Part shown: positions 11,401 through 19,986 of the stretch, in pieces
Layout of the letters: every line of letters begins with the position of its first letter
Numbering within the stretch: the stretch's first letter is position 1
Source: Pseudobacteriovorax sp.
GTDB lineage: Bacteria; Bdellovibrionota_B; Oligoflexia; Oligoflexales; Oligoflexaceae
Assembly: GCA_050293845.1 (NCBI GenBank)
Contig: JBNKNM010000031.1
Coordinates: forward strand, 1 to 39,645
Direction of reading: 5' to 3'
DNA: 39,645 nt
Notes under the pieces: model-generated
Told to the model about the DNA's origin: nothing
The model's database searches: none
Seen by the model: only the letters and a program-made list of their open reading frames with translations
Position numbers and translations under genes: made by a program

Positions 11401-12542
11401 TCACCAGGGCGCATTCTCTTATAGATCTCAAGGATCGCTTCTTCCTTGGTTTCCACCTTATCGCTAACCAAGGTATTTCTAAACGAAGCGTCGGAGTTTA
11501 CATTATCGATAAAGAGTACTGGGAACTCCGCGACACCCGCTTTAATGACTTCTGCGAGATGCTCAATGGTAAGCTCAGTATTCAAAGGAACAATTTCTTC
11601 GCCTGACTTATCCAATATGGGCTCAGCAGCGAACTTACCGATAAGCTCTTCCTGCTCCATAGCCACATACTCGATACCAGCCTGTTCCATTTGACGTATT
11701 GCGCCCACTGAAATCCTGCGCCCTCTTTTTACTAGAACCTTACCATTGGTCGGATCTATCAGGTCGCTTAGTGCCCTTTGGCCCCGTAGAATTTCATAAT
11801 TTAGCTTTTTCTCAAGCTTACCTTCACGGATACGAATCCACTCTTTATTGTAGAAATAGTCTAAAAGCTCTTGCTCACTATACCCAAGGGCTTTCAGAAG
11901 AATTGTGGAGTACATTTTCCGTCGACGGTCGATACGCAAATAGAGGATGTCCTTTGCATCAAACTCAAAGTCCAGCCAGCTACCGCGGTAGGGAATGACC
12001 CTTGCCGTGTACAACAGCTTACCTGAAGTGCTATTGCGACCTTTATCGTGATCGAAGAAGACACCTGAAGATCGGTGCAGCTGCGACACAACTACACGCT
12101 CAGTGCCGTTGATGATAAAAGTACCGTCATCTGTCATCAGAGGTATTTCTCCAAAATATACCTCTTGTTCCTTAACATCACGGATACTCTTAACATTGGT
12201 TTCTTTGTCGATATCCCAGACAACTAAACGAATCACTACTTTTAGAGGAGCCGCAAAGCTCATCCCACGTTGACGACACTCGTCTACGGTGTATTTTGGT
12301 TCTTCGAAAGAAAAGCTAACAAACTCAACAGATGCTGTTTCTGCAAAGTGCGAAATCGGAAAAACTGAGTTAAAAACAGACTGGAGGCCAACGTTACGAC
12401 GTTCATTCGGAAGGATATCCGCCTGCAGAAATGAGTTGTAACTGTTCTTTTGCAGCTCAATAAGATACGGAATATCTATAGCTGCAGGAATTTTTTCAAA
12501 CTTTTTACGTGGACGAGTAAAACTAGAAGCGAGGGAGGTCAT
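8415..12542 (-). CDS. rpoB: DNA-directed RNA polymerase subunit beta
   Basis: [41 protein letters not shown] and [12 protein letters not shown] motifs. Confidence 0.99.
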   Translation of the reverse strand: MTSLASSFTRPRKKFEKIPAAIDIPYLIELQKNSYNSFLQADILPNERRNVGLQSVFNSVFPISHFAETASVEFVSFSFEEPKYTVDECRQRGMSFAAPLKVVIRLVVWDIDKETNVKSIRDVKEQEVYFGEIPLMTDDGTFIINGTERVVVSQLHRSSGVFFDHDKGRNSTSGKLLYTARVIPYRGSWLDFEFDAKDILYLRIDRRRKMYSTILLKALGYSEQELLDYFYNKEWIRIREGKLEKKLNYEILRGQRALSDLIDPTNGKVLVKRGRRISVGAIRQMEQAGIEYVAMEQEELIGKFAAEPILDKSGEEIVPLNTELTIEHLAEVIKAGVAEFPVLFIDNVNSDASFRNTLVSDKVETKEEAILEIYKRMRPGDPPTIEPATALFDNLFFNPDRYDLSAVGRMKLNEKLGLDLPVETRTLTKEDILKTVEYLLGLKNDKGQIDDIDNLSNRRVRAVGELLENQYRIGLLRIERAIRERLQLGDVDTLLPHDFVNNKPASAVVKEFFGSSQLSQFMDQTNPLSEVTHKRRLSALGPGGLSRERAGFEVRDVHPTHYGRICPIETPEGPNIGLISSLASYAKVNDYGFIETPFRSLSSDYNSEGEVRYFSAAEEHTDHVIAQASLIKSADEMVYARRAGESEIVRAEEADLMDVSPSQLVSVAANLIPFLQNDDANRALMGSNMQRQAVPLLKTRAPLVGTGMERIVARDSGATIVAKRDGVVVAVDAERIVIKSEDTSESITEVGAEVDIYKLEKNKRSNVDTCINQKSIVVKGEKVKKGDIIGDGFATEMGELALGQNVVVAFMPWSGYNFEDSILISERVVKEDLYTSIHIQEFECISRDTKLGQEEITSDIPNVGEEALRNLDDAGIIRVGAEVRPNDLLVGKITPKGETQLTPEEKLLRAIFGEKAGDVRDTSLRVPPGVVGTVIGAKIYAREGAVKDIRTVQIEDAEIAKLRKDESDRIFIIKESAARKIARIVEGESLAGDIRGRDGESIATAGTVLSADFLTHLDYVYWDHLSVRDAEKSNLLSQVVENLREKINLIRFMTEEQIKKVRKGDELPPGVIKMVKIYVAIKRKLQVGDKMAGRHGNKGVVSRILPEEDMPFLSDGRPVDIVLNPLGVPSRMNVGQILETHLGWAAKGVGERLNQMMEDNFDRKEIEDMACNIWSGDKEIESFVRSCTDEQLKTFVVKYREGVHLANPVFDGAKESDIHRYLELANLGLDGQSELFDGRTGNRFDNRVTVGVMYVLKLHHLVDEKIHARSIGPYSLVTQQPLGGKAQFGGQRLGEMEVWAMEAYGAANTLQEFLTVKSDDVLGRTRMYESIVKGQNMMMPGLPESFNVLVKELQSLGLDVNLIRDDQEIGLDGFA

Positions 12543-12719
12543 GTAGCACTCCTATCGACGGAATCCCAATTAAACAAAGACAGAGGTCACCTATCCCCCT
12601 GCCGCTGCTTCCAAAATATGCCTGGCAAATGCCATTTCTCTAACTTTATACTGAGCTCTAATTGCAAGCTTTAAAAAAATCTATTCCAGAATCAATAGGA
12701 TATCTCGAAATTAGGTAAC

Positions 12720-12777
12720 AAAAAAGCAGAAAGATACATACAGGCTATATATACATAGCCTATATTAACTATCTTTC
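12720..12777 (-). terminator. Terminator/attenuator between rplL and rpoB
   Basis: Long hairpin GAAAGATA...AGGCTAT-GTATAT-ATAGCCT...TATCTTTC followed by TGCTTTTTT. Confidence 0.6.
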
Positions 12778-12788
12778 CGTATTATGCC

Positions 12789-13169
12789 TTACTTAAGCTC
12801 AACTTTAGCGCCAGCTTTTTCAAGGGCTTCTTTCATTTTGTTAGCTTCATCCTTAGGAACTCCAGCTTTAACTTCTTTAGGAGCACCCTCAACGAGATCC
12901 TTAGCTTCCTTGAGACCTAAGCCTGTGATAGCTCTAATCTCTTTGATAACATTGATTTTCTTGGCACCATGATCAACTAGGACGACTGAGAATTCATCTT
13001 TTTCTTCTTCGGCAGCAGCAGCGGCACCAGGCACACCAGCCATCATAGCAACCGGTGCAGCAGCGCTAACACCAAATTTGTCTTCTAGCTCTTTTACTAG
13101 CTCTGCGGCTTGTAAAAGAGTAAGATTTTCTAAAAATTCTACAACTTGTTCTTTTGTCACGTTGGACAT
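12789..13169 (-). CDS. rplL: 50S ribosomal protein L7/L12
   Basis: [11 protein letters not shown] and [17 protein letters not shown]. Start moved to ATG 13169 (MSNVTKEQ), which has a GGGAGG SD. Confidence 0.98.
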   Translation of the reverse strand: MSNVTKEQVVEFLENLTLLQAAELVKELEDKFGVSAAAPVAMMAGVPGAAAAAEEEKDEFSVVLVDHGAKKINVIKEIRAITGLGLKEAKDLVEGAPKEVKAGVPKDEANKMKEALEKAGAKVELK

Positions 13170-13223
13170 AATTATTTTCCTCCCAAAATCACTTATCATC
13201 TTATCTGGCAGATTGATGACAGC

Positions 13224-13745
13224 TTAAGATTTCTTTTCTTTGATTGCGTTCAAAACTTGCACTAGATTTCGGCTTACGCCATTAAGCACACCTAACAAGC
13301 CTCTGTGCGGGGCAACAATTGAGCCAACAATTTGTCCCATTAGCACTTCCTTGCTTGGCAGATCTGCGATTGCCTTTAGTTCATCGGTTGACACCAAAGA
13401 ACCATCCATATGCCCAGCCTTTACAACCAGGTTGGGGTGGTCTTTAGCAAAATCAAGAACTGTTTTAGTCGCTTGAGCTGAGTCACCATAAGCGCAGACC
13501 AAACCTACTGGTCCCACAAACCCATCTGACAAATCTTTTAGCTCTTCAGCATCCGACTCAACAGCTTTTTTGGCCACTCGATTTTTGATGACCTTAAATT
13601 CAGCGCTCGCATCCCTCAGCTTCACGCGAAGCTCTGTAACCTCGGCTACCGTGAGCCCGCGGTACTCTGCGATGATTAAAGCGTTGGATTTTTTAAACTT
13701 CTCAGAAAAACTTTGTCTTAGTTGTATCTTACCCTGACGGTCCAT
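13224..13745 (-). CDS. rplJ: 50S ribosomal protein L10
   Basis: YRGLTV, KVIKNR and ADLPSKE motifs; position between rplA and rplL. Confidence 0.97.
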   Translation of the reverse strand: MDRQGKIQLRQSFSEKFKKSNALIIAEYRGLTVAEVTELRVKLRDASAEFKVIKNRVAKKAVESDAEELKDLSDGFVGPVGLVCAYGDSAQATKTVLDFAKDHPNLVVKAGHMDGSLVSTDELKAIADLPSKEVLMGQIVGSIVAPHRGLLGVLNGVSRNLVQVLNAIKEKKS

Positions 13746-13760
13746 TTCTGCTTTCCTCCC

Positions 13761-14456
13761 TTAGTTCCTAAAGGGAGCTGGATCTACGCGAACACCAGGC
13801 CCCATAGTCGCCGAAAGACTAACTTTTTGAAGGTATGTTCCCTTAGCCGTAGACGGCTTAGCTTTCAATAGCGCATCGATGACAGTTGTTATATTCTCCG
13901 CAAGCTGCTCTTCCGAGAAGCCAACACGACCTACTGATGTATGAACAATACCAGCTTTATCCACCCGGTACTCAGCCCGACCAGCTCGCAGTTCATTGAT
14001 TGCATTGGCAACATCGAATGTCACCGTTCCCAATTTCGGATTCGGCATCAACCCTCTGGGACCCAACACTTTCCCTAAGCGCCCCACGACTCCCATCATA
14101 TCAGGAGTAGCAATCACTTGGTCGAATTCTAACCAACCATCGCTGATTTTCTTCGCAAGATCATCACCGCCTACAAACTCGACATTGAGTGCCGAAGCCT
14201 CAGTGGCTTTTTCGCCCTTTGCAAAGACTACGATACGAACTTTTTTACCAAGGCCGTTGGGTAGGGGGGTAGCTCCTCTAATGTTTTGGTCAGCATGTCT
14301 CGGATCCACACCAAGATTTACAGCCAAATCAACTGAGGAATCCATCTTAGAATAGGATGTTTCCTTGACTAGTTTGCAAGCCTCCGCTAGCTCATACATC
14401 TTGTCGCGATTGACTTTTGCGAAGGCAGCGCGATACTTTTTTCCGCGTTTTGCCAT
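13761..14456 (-). CDS. rplA: 50S ribosomal protein L1
   Basis: LGVDPRHADQ, LGPRGLMPNPKLGTVT and SATMGPGV motifs. Confidence 0.99.
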   Translation of the reverse strand: MAKRGKKYRAAFAKVNRDKMYELAEACKLVKETSYSKMDSSVDLAVNLGVDPRHADQNIRGATPLPNGLGKKVRIVVFAKGEKATEASALNVEFVGGDDLAKKISDGWLEFDQVIATPDMMGVVGRLGKVLGPRGLMPNPKLGTVTFDVANAINELRAGRAEYRVDKAGIVHTSVGRVGFSEEQLAENITTVIDALLKAKPSTAKGTYLQKVSLSATMGPGVRVDPAPFRN

Positions 14457-14469
14457 AATAATATTCTCC

Positions 14470-14498
14470 GTAGTTCAATCGAGCTAACGCTCTCCTAC
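14470..14498 (-). promoter_or_regulatory. Putative L1-binding autoregulatory RNA between rplK and rplA
   Basis: GUAGGA-GAGC-GUUA-GCUC-GAUUGAACUAC resembles the 23S L1-binding GUGGGAG...UGAAAUACCAC element and abuts the rplA SD (GGAG). Confidence 0.6.
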
Positions 14499-14512
14499 TA
14501 TGTTAAAAGGGG

Positions 14513-14935
14513 CTACTTAACCTCTAACCCCATACTTCTAGCTGAACCTAGTATAATTTTTTCTGCCGACTCTTCGTCATAAGCGTTTAAATCCGCCATT
14601 TTCGTTTTGACGATTTCCCTGACTTGATCCATCGTCACGGAACCAGCAACAGCAGTACCGGGAGTTTGCGAGCCTTTACTCAAGTTTGCGGCCTTTTTTA
14701 AAAGGTCGGAAGCAGGGGGACTCTTTGTGATGAAACTAAAGGATTTATCTGCATAAACAGTAATTATAGTCGGCAGTATGGACCCTGCTTGCTTTTGCGT
14801 TTTCGCATTGAAGTCCTTGCAAAATGCCATAATATTCACACCACGTTGACCGAGCGCCGGTCCAATAGGTGGAGAAGGATTTGCTTTACCCGCCGGAATT
14901 TGCAACTTGATAAATCCGACAACTTTTTTAGCCAC
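14513..14935 (-). CDS. rplK: 50S ribosomal protein L11
   Basis: [22 protein letters not shown] and GSARSMG motifs; GTG start with AGGAG SD. Confidence 0.99.
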   Translation of the reverse strand: MAKKVVGFIKLQIPAGKANPSPPIGPALGQRGVNIMAFCKDFNAKTQKQAGSILPTIITVYADKSFSFITKSPPASDLLKKAANLSKGSQTPGTAVAGSVTMDQVREIVKTKMADLNAYDEESAEKIILGSARSMGLEVK

Positions 14936-14995
14936 TTTATATAGCTCCTATTCTCGAAATTGGTTCCAATGCCAATTATAAGACTTGGAAGACGG

Positions 14996-15024
14996 GGTTT
15001 ACGCTATTTTTCCATGGGCGTCAA
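14996..15024 (-). promoter_or_regulatory. Putative sigma70 promoter of rplK
   Basis: TTGACG-17 nt-TAAACC followed by a GC-rich discriminator. Confidence 0.55.
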
Positions 15025-15032
15025 GTATTTTC

Positions 15033-15578
15033 CTAGATCTTTTCCACTTGCCCATACTCTAGCTCTACTGGTGTCTCTCTTCCAAATATACTCACCAGAA
15101 CCCGAACCTTCGCCTTATCCGGCTTTACCTCGTCAATCACGCCATCAAAGTTACTAAAAGGGCCTTCCATGACCTTAACAGCCTCACCTTTGGAAAACTG
15201 CACCTCGGCAACAACAACTTCTTGTTGCTGCTCACGAGCCTCGTTTGAAGTAATCTGGAGAACTTCATGATCTGGAAGTGGCCTTGGCTTTTTAGCATTA
15301 CCTACAAAGCCAGTAATTTTTGGTGTACTTTTAACAATATGCATCGTTAGATCTGTAAGATCCATCTGCACAAGGATGTAGCCAGGAAAAGAAGTTTTAG
15401 AGACTGAACGCTTTTTGCCAGATTTAGTCACACTCTCGCTAACAGTCTGCGGGATAAAAATTTCACCAAATTTGTCCTCACAGCCTTCATTCTTTGCAAG
15501 ATCTAGAAGGCCCTGCTTTGCTCGCTCTTCAAAACCCGAGTAGGTATGGACTACATACCACTTAAGATCGCTACTCAT
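15033..15578 (-). CDS. nusG: Transcription termination/antitermination factor NusG
   Basis: WYVVHTYSGFE, FPGYILV, KOW motif GPFSNFDG and SIFGRETPVEL. Confidence 0.99.
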   Translation of the reverse strand: MSSDLKWYVVHTYSGFEERAKQGLLDLAKNEGCEDKFGEIFIPQTVSESVTKSGKKRSVSKTSFPGYILVQMDLTDLTMHIVKSTPKITGFVGNAKKPRPLPDHEVLQITSNEAREQQQEVVVAEVQFSKGEAVKVMEGPFSNFDGVIDEVKPDKAKVRVLVSIFGRETPVELEYGQVEKI

Positions 15579-15655
15579 CTTTAACCGCCTTGTCGTTTAA
15601 ATTAGCCTTAAAAGCCCTCGCCCCTATTAAAATAGTTTAATATAGAGCCCTAGAC

Positions 15656-16036
15656 CTAAGCTAGCATCATTCCAAGAATTTTTGCCCAAAGCAGATCAAA
15701 TATAGCAAGAATAGCAGCAAATACAGCTACAACAACGCACACAATTATGGTCATGCGTTTTGTATCAGGAAAACTTGGCCAGGTAACTTTACGGATTTCA
15801 CCAATGGAAGCAAGAAAATACTCATGACGCTCATGGTCGCGACGCAGCCAGTATCCCGACAACAGCCCCAATACGATACTCGCCCCCATGGATATGGGTG
15901 CGTATATCTCATCATACCTCTCTGACATCCCGGTTTGTATCCCCAGGGTCCCCAAAGCCTTGTAAAGTGTGTATGCAACGACACAGGTAAAGACTAGATA
16001 TGCCAACCTTAAGTAGAATGCATCATCCTTCTTCAT
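15656..16036 (-). CDS. secE: Preprotein translocase subunit SecE (three-TM long form)
   Basis: EIRKVTWPS motif and hydrophobic segments; located between tRNA-Trp and nusG. Confidence 0.93.
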   Translation of the reverse strand: MKKDDAFYLRLAYLVFTCVVAYTLYKALGTLGIQTGMSERYDEIYAPISMGASIVLGLLSGYWLRRDHERHEYFLASIGEIRKVTWPSFPDTKRMTIIVCVVVAVFAAILAIFDLLWAKILGMMLA

Positions 16037-16090
16037 GAATGACCCTCCAGGACAATAGCCACTCGTCCATTATGCAGAAAAATAGAAAAG

Positions 16091-16164
16091 CAGGCGAGGA
16101 GGGACTCGAACCCCCAGCATGCGGATTTGGAATCCGCCGCTCTACCAATTGGAGCTACTCGCCT
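16091..16164 (-). tRNA. tRNA-Trp(CCA); 3' CCA not encoded
   Basis: AGGCGAG acceptor stem and anticodon arm GCGGA-TTCCAAA-TCCGC; ends ...CTCGCCTG followed by CTTTT. Confidence 0.96.
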
Positions 16165-16198
16165 AGAAAGACACCCCTATCGAGGCGCCTATTAAATT

Positions 16199-17392
16199 TT
16201 ACTCTGTAATATCAGCTACAACACCTGCACCGACAGTACGTCCCCCTTCACGAATCGCGAAGCGAAGTTCCTTGTCCATTGCGATGGGCTGGATTAACTC
16301 AACATCAATATCGATATTATCACCAGGCATAACCATTTCAACATCAGCAGGAAGTATAATATTACCAGTTACATCAGTAGTTCTGAAATAGAACTGCGGA
16401 CGATAACCTTTGAAGAAAGGAGTATGACGCCCACCCTCTTCTTTTGTCAAGATATAGACAGAAGCTTTAAACTTCGTATGAGGTGTAATAGATCCTGGCT
16501 TAGCAAGAACCTGACCTCTGAAGACATCTTCACGCTTAGTACCACGAAGTAGGATACCCACATTATCACCAGCTTGACCTTCGTCTAGAAGCTTGCGAAA
16601 CATCTCTACACCAGTACATGTAGTCTTAGTAGTTTCCTTGATACCAACGATCTCAATTTCTTCGCCAACCTTAACGATACCGCGCTCAATACGACCCGTA
16701 ACAACGGTACCACGACCAGAAATGGAGAAAACATCTTCAATAGGCATCAAAAATGGTCTATCAACAGGTCTTTCTGGTACTGGAATGTACTCATCGCATG
16801 CAGCAATCAGTTCAACAACTTTTTTAGCCCACTCATTGTCAGCAGTATCGGCTTCAAGAGCCTTTAATGCAGAACCTTTGATGATTGGGGTGTCATCACC
16901 AGGAAATTGGTACTGACTAAGAAGCTCGCGAACTTCCATTTCAACAAGTTCAAGAAGCTCCTCATCATCTACCATGTCACATTTATTCAAGAAAACTACG
17001 ATCTTTGGAACACCTACCTGACGAGCAAGCAAGATATGCTCACGAGTCTGCGGCATAGGGCCATCGGCAGCACTACAAACCAGGATAGCACCATCCATCT
17101 GAGCTGCCCCTGTAATCATGTTTTTGACATAGTCAGCATGACCAGGGCAGTCAACGTGAGCATAGTGCCGTGTTTCCGACTCATACTCGACGTGAGAAGT
17201 GGAGATTGTAATACCACGCGCTTTTTCCTCTGGAGCATTATCAATTTCATCAAATGCCTTCACTGCACCACCCCAAGCCAACGACATCACTTTGGTGATA
17301 GCCGCAGTAAGAGTAGTTTTACCATGGTCAACGTGGCCGATCGTTCCCACGTTCACATGGGGTTTACTTCTTTCAAATTTTTCTTTTGCCAT
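16199..17392 (-). CDS. tuf: Elongation factor Tu
   Basis: [33 protein letters not shown] and [10 protein letters not shown] motifs. Confidence 0.99.
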   Translation of the reverse strand: MAKEKFERSKPHVNVGTIGHVDHGKTTLTAAITKVMSLAWGGAVKAFDEIDNAPEEKARGITISTSHVEYESETRHYAHVDCPGHADYVKNMITGAAQMDGAILVCSAADGPMPQTREHILLARQVGVPKIVVFLNKCDMVDDEELLELVEMEVRELLSQYQFPGDDTPIIKGSALKALEADTADNEWAKKVVELIAACDEYIPVPERPVDRPFLMPIEDVFSISGRGTVVTGRIERGIVKVGEEIEIVGIKETTKTTCTGVEMFRKLLDEGQAGDNVGILLRGTKREDVFRGQVLAKPGSITPHTKFKASVYILTKEEGGRHTPFFKGYRPQFYFRTTDVTGNIILPADVEMVMPGDNIDIDVELIQPIAMDKELRFAIREGGRTVGAGVVADITE

Positions 17393-17527
17393 TTTTTCCT
17401 CCCGCTAACGGCAGAAAGCTATTTCTATTTACTTTCCATATTCATATATAAGGTAAAACCGTCGGATGCACGATAATACATCGAAAATTCAAAATGAAAA
17501 ACTGATTTAAAAGAGCCGCAGGCAAGA

Positions 17528-17602
17528 TGGAGCCCAGAACGGGAATCGAACCCGTGACCTCGTCCTTACCAAGGACGTGCTCTACCCCTGAGCCACCTGG
17601 GC
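17528..17602 (-). tRNA. tRNA-Thr(GGT)
   Basis: Anticodon arm CGTCC-TTGGTAA-GGACG; encoded CCA. Confidence 0.97.
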
Positions 17603-17625
17603 GTCACACTTATTGCAGAAAAAAA

Positions 17626-17702
17626 TGGAGCGGGAAACGGGATTCGAACCCGCGACCCTTAGCTTGGAAGGCTAATGCTCTAGCCAGCTGAGCTACTCCC
17701 GC
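17626..17702 (-). tRNA. tRNA-Gly(TCC)
   Basis: Anticodon arm TTAGC-CTTCCAA-GCTAA; encoded CCA. Confidence 0.97.
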
Positions 17703-17732
17703 CTATTTTCTTACTGCACAGCGTACAATAAG

Positions 17733-17817
17733 TGGTGGAGGGTGATGGATTCGAACCATCGTAGGCTGAGCCAACGGATTTACAGTCCGCCCCCTTTAGC
17801 CACTCGGGCAACCCTCC
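17733..17817 (-). tRNA. tRNA-Tyr(GTA)
   Basis: Anticodon loop CTGTAAA, long variable arm, encoded CCA. Confidence 0.97.
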
Positions 17818-17841
17818 TTGAGCACTCTTTAGCAAGCAAAA

Positions 17842-17917
17842 TGGAGCTGGCGATGGGAGTCGAACCCGCGACCTGCTGATTACAAGTCAGCTGCTCTACC
17901 AACTGAGCTACGCCAGC
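17842..17917 (-). tRNA. tRNA-Thr(TGT)
   Basis: Anticodon arm GCTGA-CTTGTAA-TCAGC; encoded CCA. Completes the classic Thr-Tyr-Gly-Thr-tuf arrangement. Confidence 0.97.
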
Positions 17918-17962
17918 ACTTGCACTAAGTAAGCTTACAACAGCCGCCTCAAGTGTTAGAGT

Positions 17963-17992
17963 GAAGTACACTTTTCTCCTATTAACTGTCAA
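17963..17992 (-). promoter_or_regulatory. Putative sigma70 promoter of the tRNA-tuf operon
   Basis: Perfect TTGACA, 18-nt spacer and weak -10 (TACTTC). Confidence 0.45.
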
Positions 17993-18030
17993 GGGGAAAG
18001 GTAAAGAAATATACACAATTCCTTTGCTGT

Positions 18031-18762
18031 TTATAATGACTTACTGTACTGCTGCATGATTATCCCAGCAGCTACAGAAACGTTTAAAGAATCCAACTCC
18101 CCAGCCCCTGGAATAGCAATCCTGACATCACAGGTTTCCCTGACATTTCGTGACAAACCCTTATCTTCAGAACCAACGACAATTATGTTGCGCTCAAATT
18201 TCTCTGCATAAATACTCAAATTTTCCCCATCCATATCGGCACCCAGAATCCAGAAGTGTTTTTCTTTTAAAGACTTCAGGGTTCGTGACAAGTTAGTCAC
18301 TTCGTAAATGTCGACGAGGGATAGTGCTCCTTGACATGTTTTTACAGCACCCAGTGTCAGGGAAGCCTGCCTCTTCCGCGGGATAATAATATGTTTTATA
18401 CCAAAAAAAGCTGCCGAACGTATGATGGCACCTAAGTTCCTAGTATCAGTTATATGATCTAAGGCCAAAACATTGATTACGGGTGGAGGCTCGGTCATCG
18501 TCTCGGCTAATTCCAGCTCCCCTTTGATTTTAACCTTGATATAGACACGCAATTCTTCCGCGTTAGAGTCGATAGGACACTTTAATTGATGCTGCGCTAC
18601 GATCTCCTCTAAGCGTTGACTATCGCGCTCCTGGCAAGCAAGTTCCAGAATATCTTGAGGCTTATGCTTTATATATTCGTTCAATGCAGACCAGCTGCTT
18701 AGATAAAGTGGACCTGGATTATCAGATTTTAGCTTAGTAAAAGGCTTATGTTTTTTTTTCAT
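18031..18762 (-). CDS. rlmB: TrmH/SpoU family RNA 2'-O-methyltransferase, RlmB-like
   Basis: LDHITDTRNLGAIIRSA, GSEDKGL and DSLNVSVAAGI SPOUT motifs; rlmB often lies next to this tRNA cluster. Confidence 0.8.
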   Translation of the reverse strand: MKKKHKPFTKLKSDNPGPLYLSSWSALNEYIKHKPQDILELACQERDSQRLEEIVAQHQLKCPIDSNAEELRVYIKVKIKGELELAETMTEPPPVINVLALDHITDTRNLGAIIRSAAFFGIKHIIIPRKRQASLTLGAVKTCQGALSLVDIYEVTNLSRTLKSLKEKHFWILGADMDGENLSIYAEKFERNIIVVGSEDKGLSRNVRETCDVRIAIPGAGELDSLNVSVAAGIIMQQYSKSL

Positions 18763-19982
18763 TCTAACATTTCTTGAATGGATTTTTTAACAGACCAACC
18801 CGTTTCTGGTAGTAGATCACCGATAATTTGCAGGAGGAACTGTATGAGACTCTGTACTTCCCACATGGCGATTTCGAGCTGTGCTTTACTGTTGCGGCAC
18901 TTCGCATAAAGGTGTCTTACACTTTCTGCGGCAATAGTACCATCCATTTTAAGGAAAAGTGGCGTTTTCCGAAGAGCATATTTTTTGTCGAGGAAGCTTT
19001 GTAAATCTTCCAAGGGCAACTCGACCCCAGCCTGATCAAAAGCCTTCTTAGCTTCCCCAAGGACAACGTGAAAAGCATCGATAAGACTTTTTATCTCACG
19101 TCGTTCTTGACGCTGCTGTATGCTTAACTTTTCGGGTACAGGCTTAGTATCTTTGACAGTCACTAACCTCCGCATCACTAGCTGAAATAGAGCCAGATAG
19201 GAACTGATTTCGCTAAGTTTGGAATGTTCCAAATATGATGCCAATGTGTTGTAGTCTTTCAACAGCTCAACAATATCAGCTTGAAAAGTTCCATCTTCAG
19301 GAAATTCTTGTCCCTGGCTACTGTTAACAGCTAATAATGAGTCCAAATGCACCCTCTCACGGAAACTTCGAAACATCTGGCCAAAGCTGACGCAGTCCTC
19401 AATAATTGCATCTGTGGATTTTTCGAAAACCACTGACATGGTAGGATAGCTATCCGCCTCCCTAATGACGTAATGGACATGGGTTTCCAAAAAAGTCGAT
19501 TGAAATATCTCAAAGACTTGCATTTTCAGGGCATCCCAAAGATCAGAGCTTGTGAAAAGTCGACTTTCCAGTAAGACTTTACCAAATTTACGATTTCTCG
19601 TGACCTGCACCGCAGCATCCATCATTTGTTCCAAGGTGATCAAACCATTGCGATAAATCACCTCACCCAACCGATCGTCCATGAGGTCAGATCGTGCGAA
19701 AACTAACTGGCCCCCGTGAAAGTAGATCGTTTTTTGCTGTTCGCAAAGTTTCAGAGATATTGTTCCACTAAAGCCCCTTTGCACAAGCCCATGCATGATG
19801 GCCACTAATACGTCAGTCTCGCACCAGCCTATCGACGAAACCGACCGATCTTCTTTTTTTCCTAGCAAAATGTGACCATCACTATACCGATAGGCTTCCC
19901 ATTCACCCGACAGGTAATTTCCCTCAAGCTGGATTCCAGACTCTGACTGCTTTGAAATTCCTATCGACTGAATTGCACTCAT
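18759..19982 (-). CDS. DUF4388/PATAN-like domain protein with degenerate MshEN-like repeats
   Basis: SGTISL...KTIYFHGGQLVFARS...RLGEVIYRNGLITLEQ pattern. Start taken at ATG 19982; stop overlaps the rlmB start (ATGA). Confidence 0.65.
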   Translation of the reverse strand: MSAIQSIGISKQSESGIQLEGNYLSGEWEAYRYSDGHILLGKKEDRSVSSIGWCETDVLVAIMHGLVQRGFSGTISLKLCEQQKTIYFHGGQLVFARSDLMDDRLGEVIYRNGLITLEQMMDAAVQVTRNRKFGKVLLESRLFTSSDLWDALKMQVFEIFQSTFLETHVHYVIREADSYPTMSVVFEKSTDAIIEDCVSFGQMFRSFRERVHLDSLLAVNSSQGQEFPEDGTFQADIVELLKDYNTLASYLEHSKLSEISSYLALFQLVMRRLVTVKDTKPVPEKLSIQQRQERREIKSLIDAFHVVLGEAKKAFDQAGVELPLEDLQSFLDKKYALRKTPLFLKMDGTIAAESVRHLYAKCRNSKAQLEIAMWEVQSLIQFLLQIIGDLLPETGWSVKKSIQEMLE

Positions 19983-19986
19983 AGCT

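Noticed and set aside
4876..12674. Numerous short plus-strand ORFs antisense to rpoBC
   Set aside because: Typical antisense shadows of highly expressed genes, with no recognisable domains.
14480..14510. TATGTTAAA resembling the XerD arm of a dif site
   Set aside because: No matching XerC arm at the right spacing, and it lies within the rplK-rplA spacer next to the L1-site-like element.
17780..18016. 78-aa ORF upstream of tuf
   Set aside because: Overlaps tRNA-Thr and tRNA-Tyr; a translation artefact. The same applies to ORF 940-1134 over tRNA-Val and the fusA end.
18751..18759. A9 run right after the rlmB start as a phase-variation tract
   Set aside because: Short Lys-codon run at an N-terminus, common in AT-rich starts; no other support. 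The A7 run at 19854-19860 likewise has no evident frameshift stimulator.
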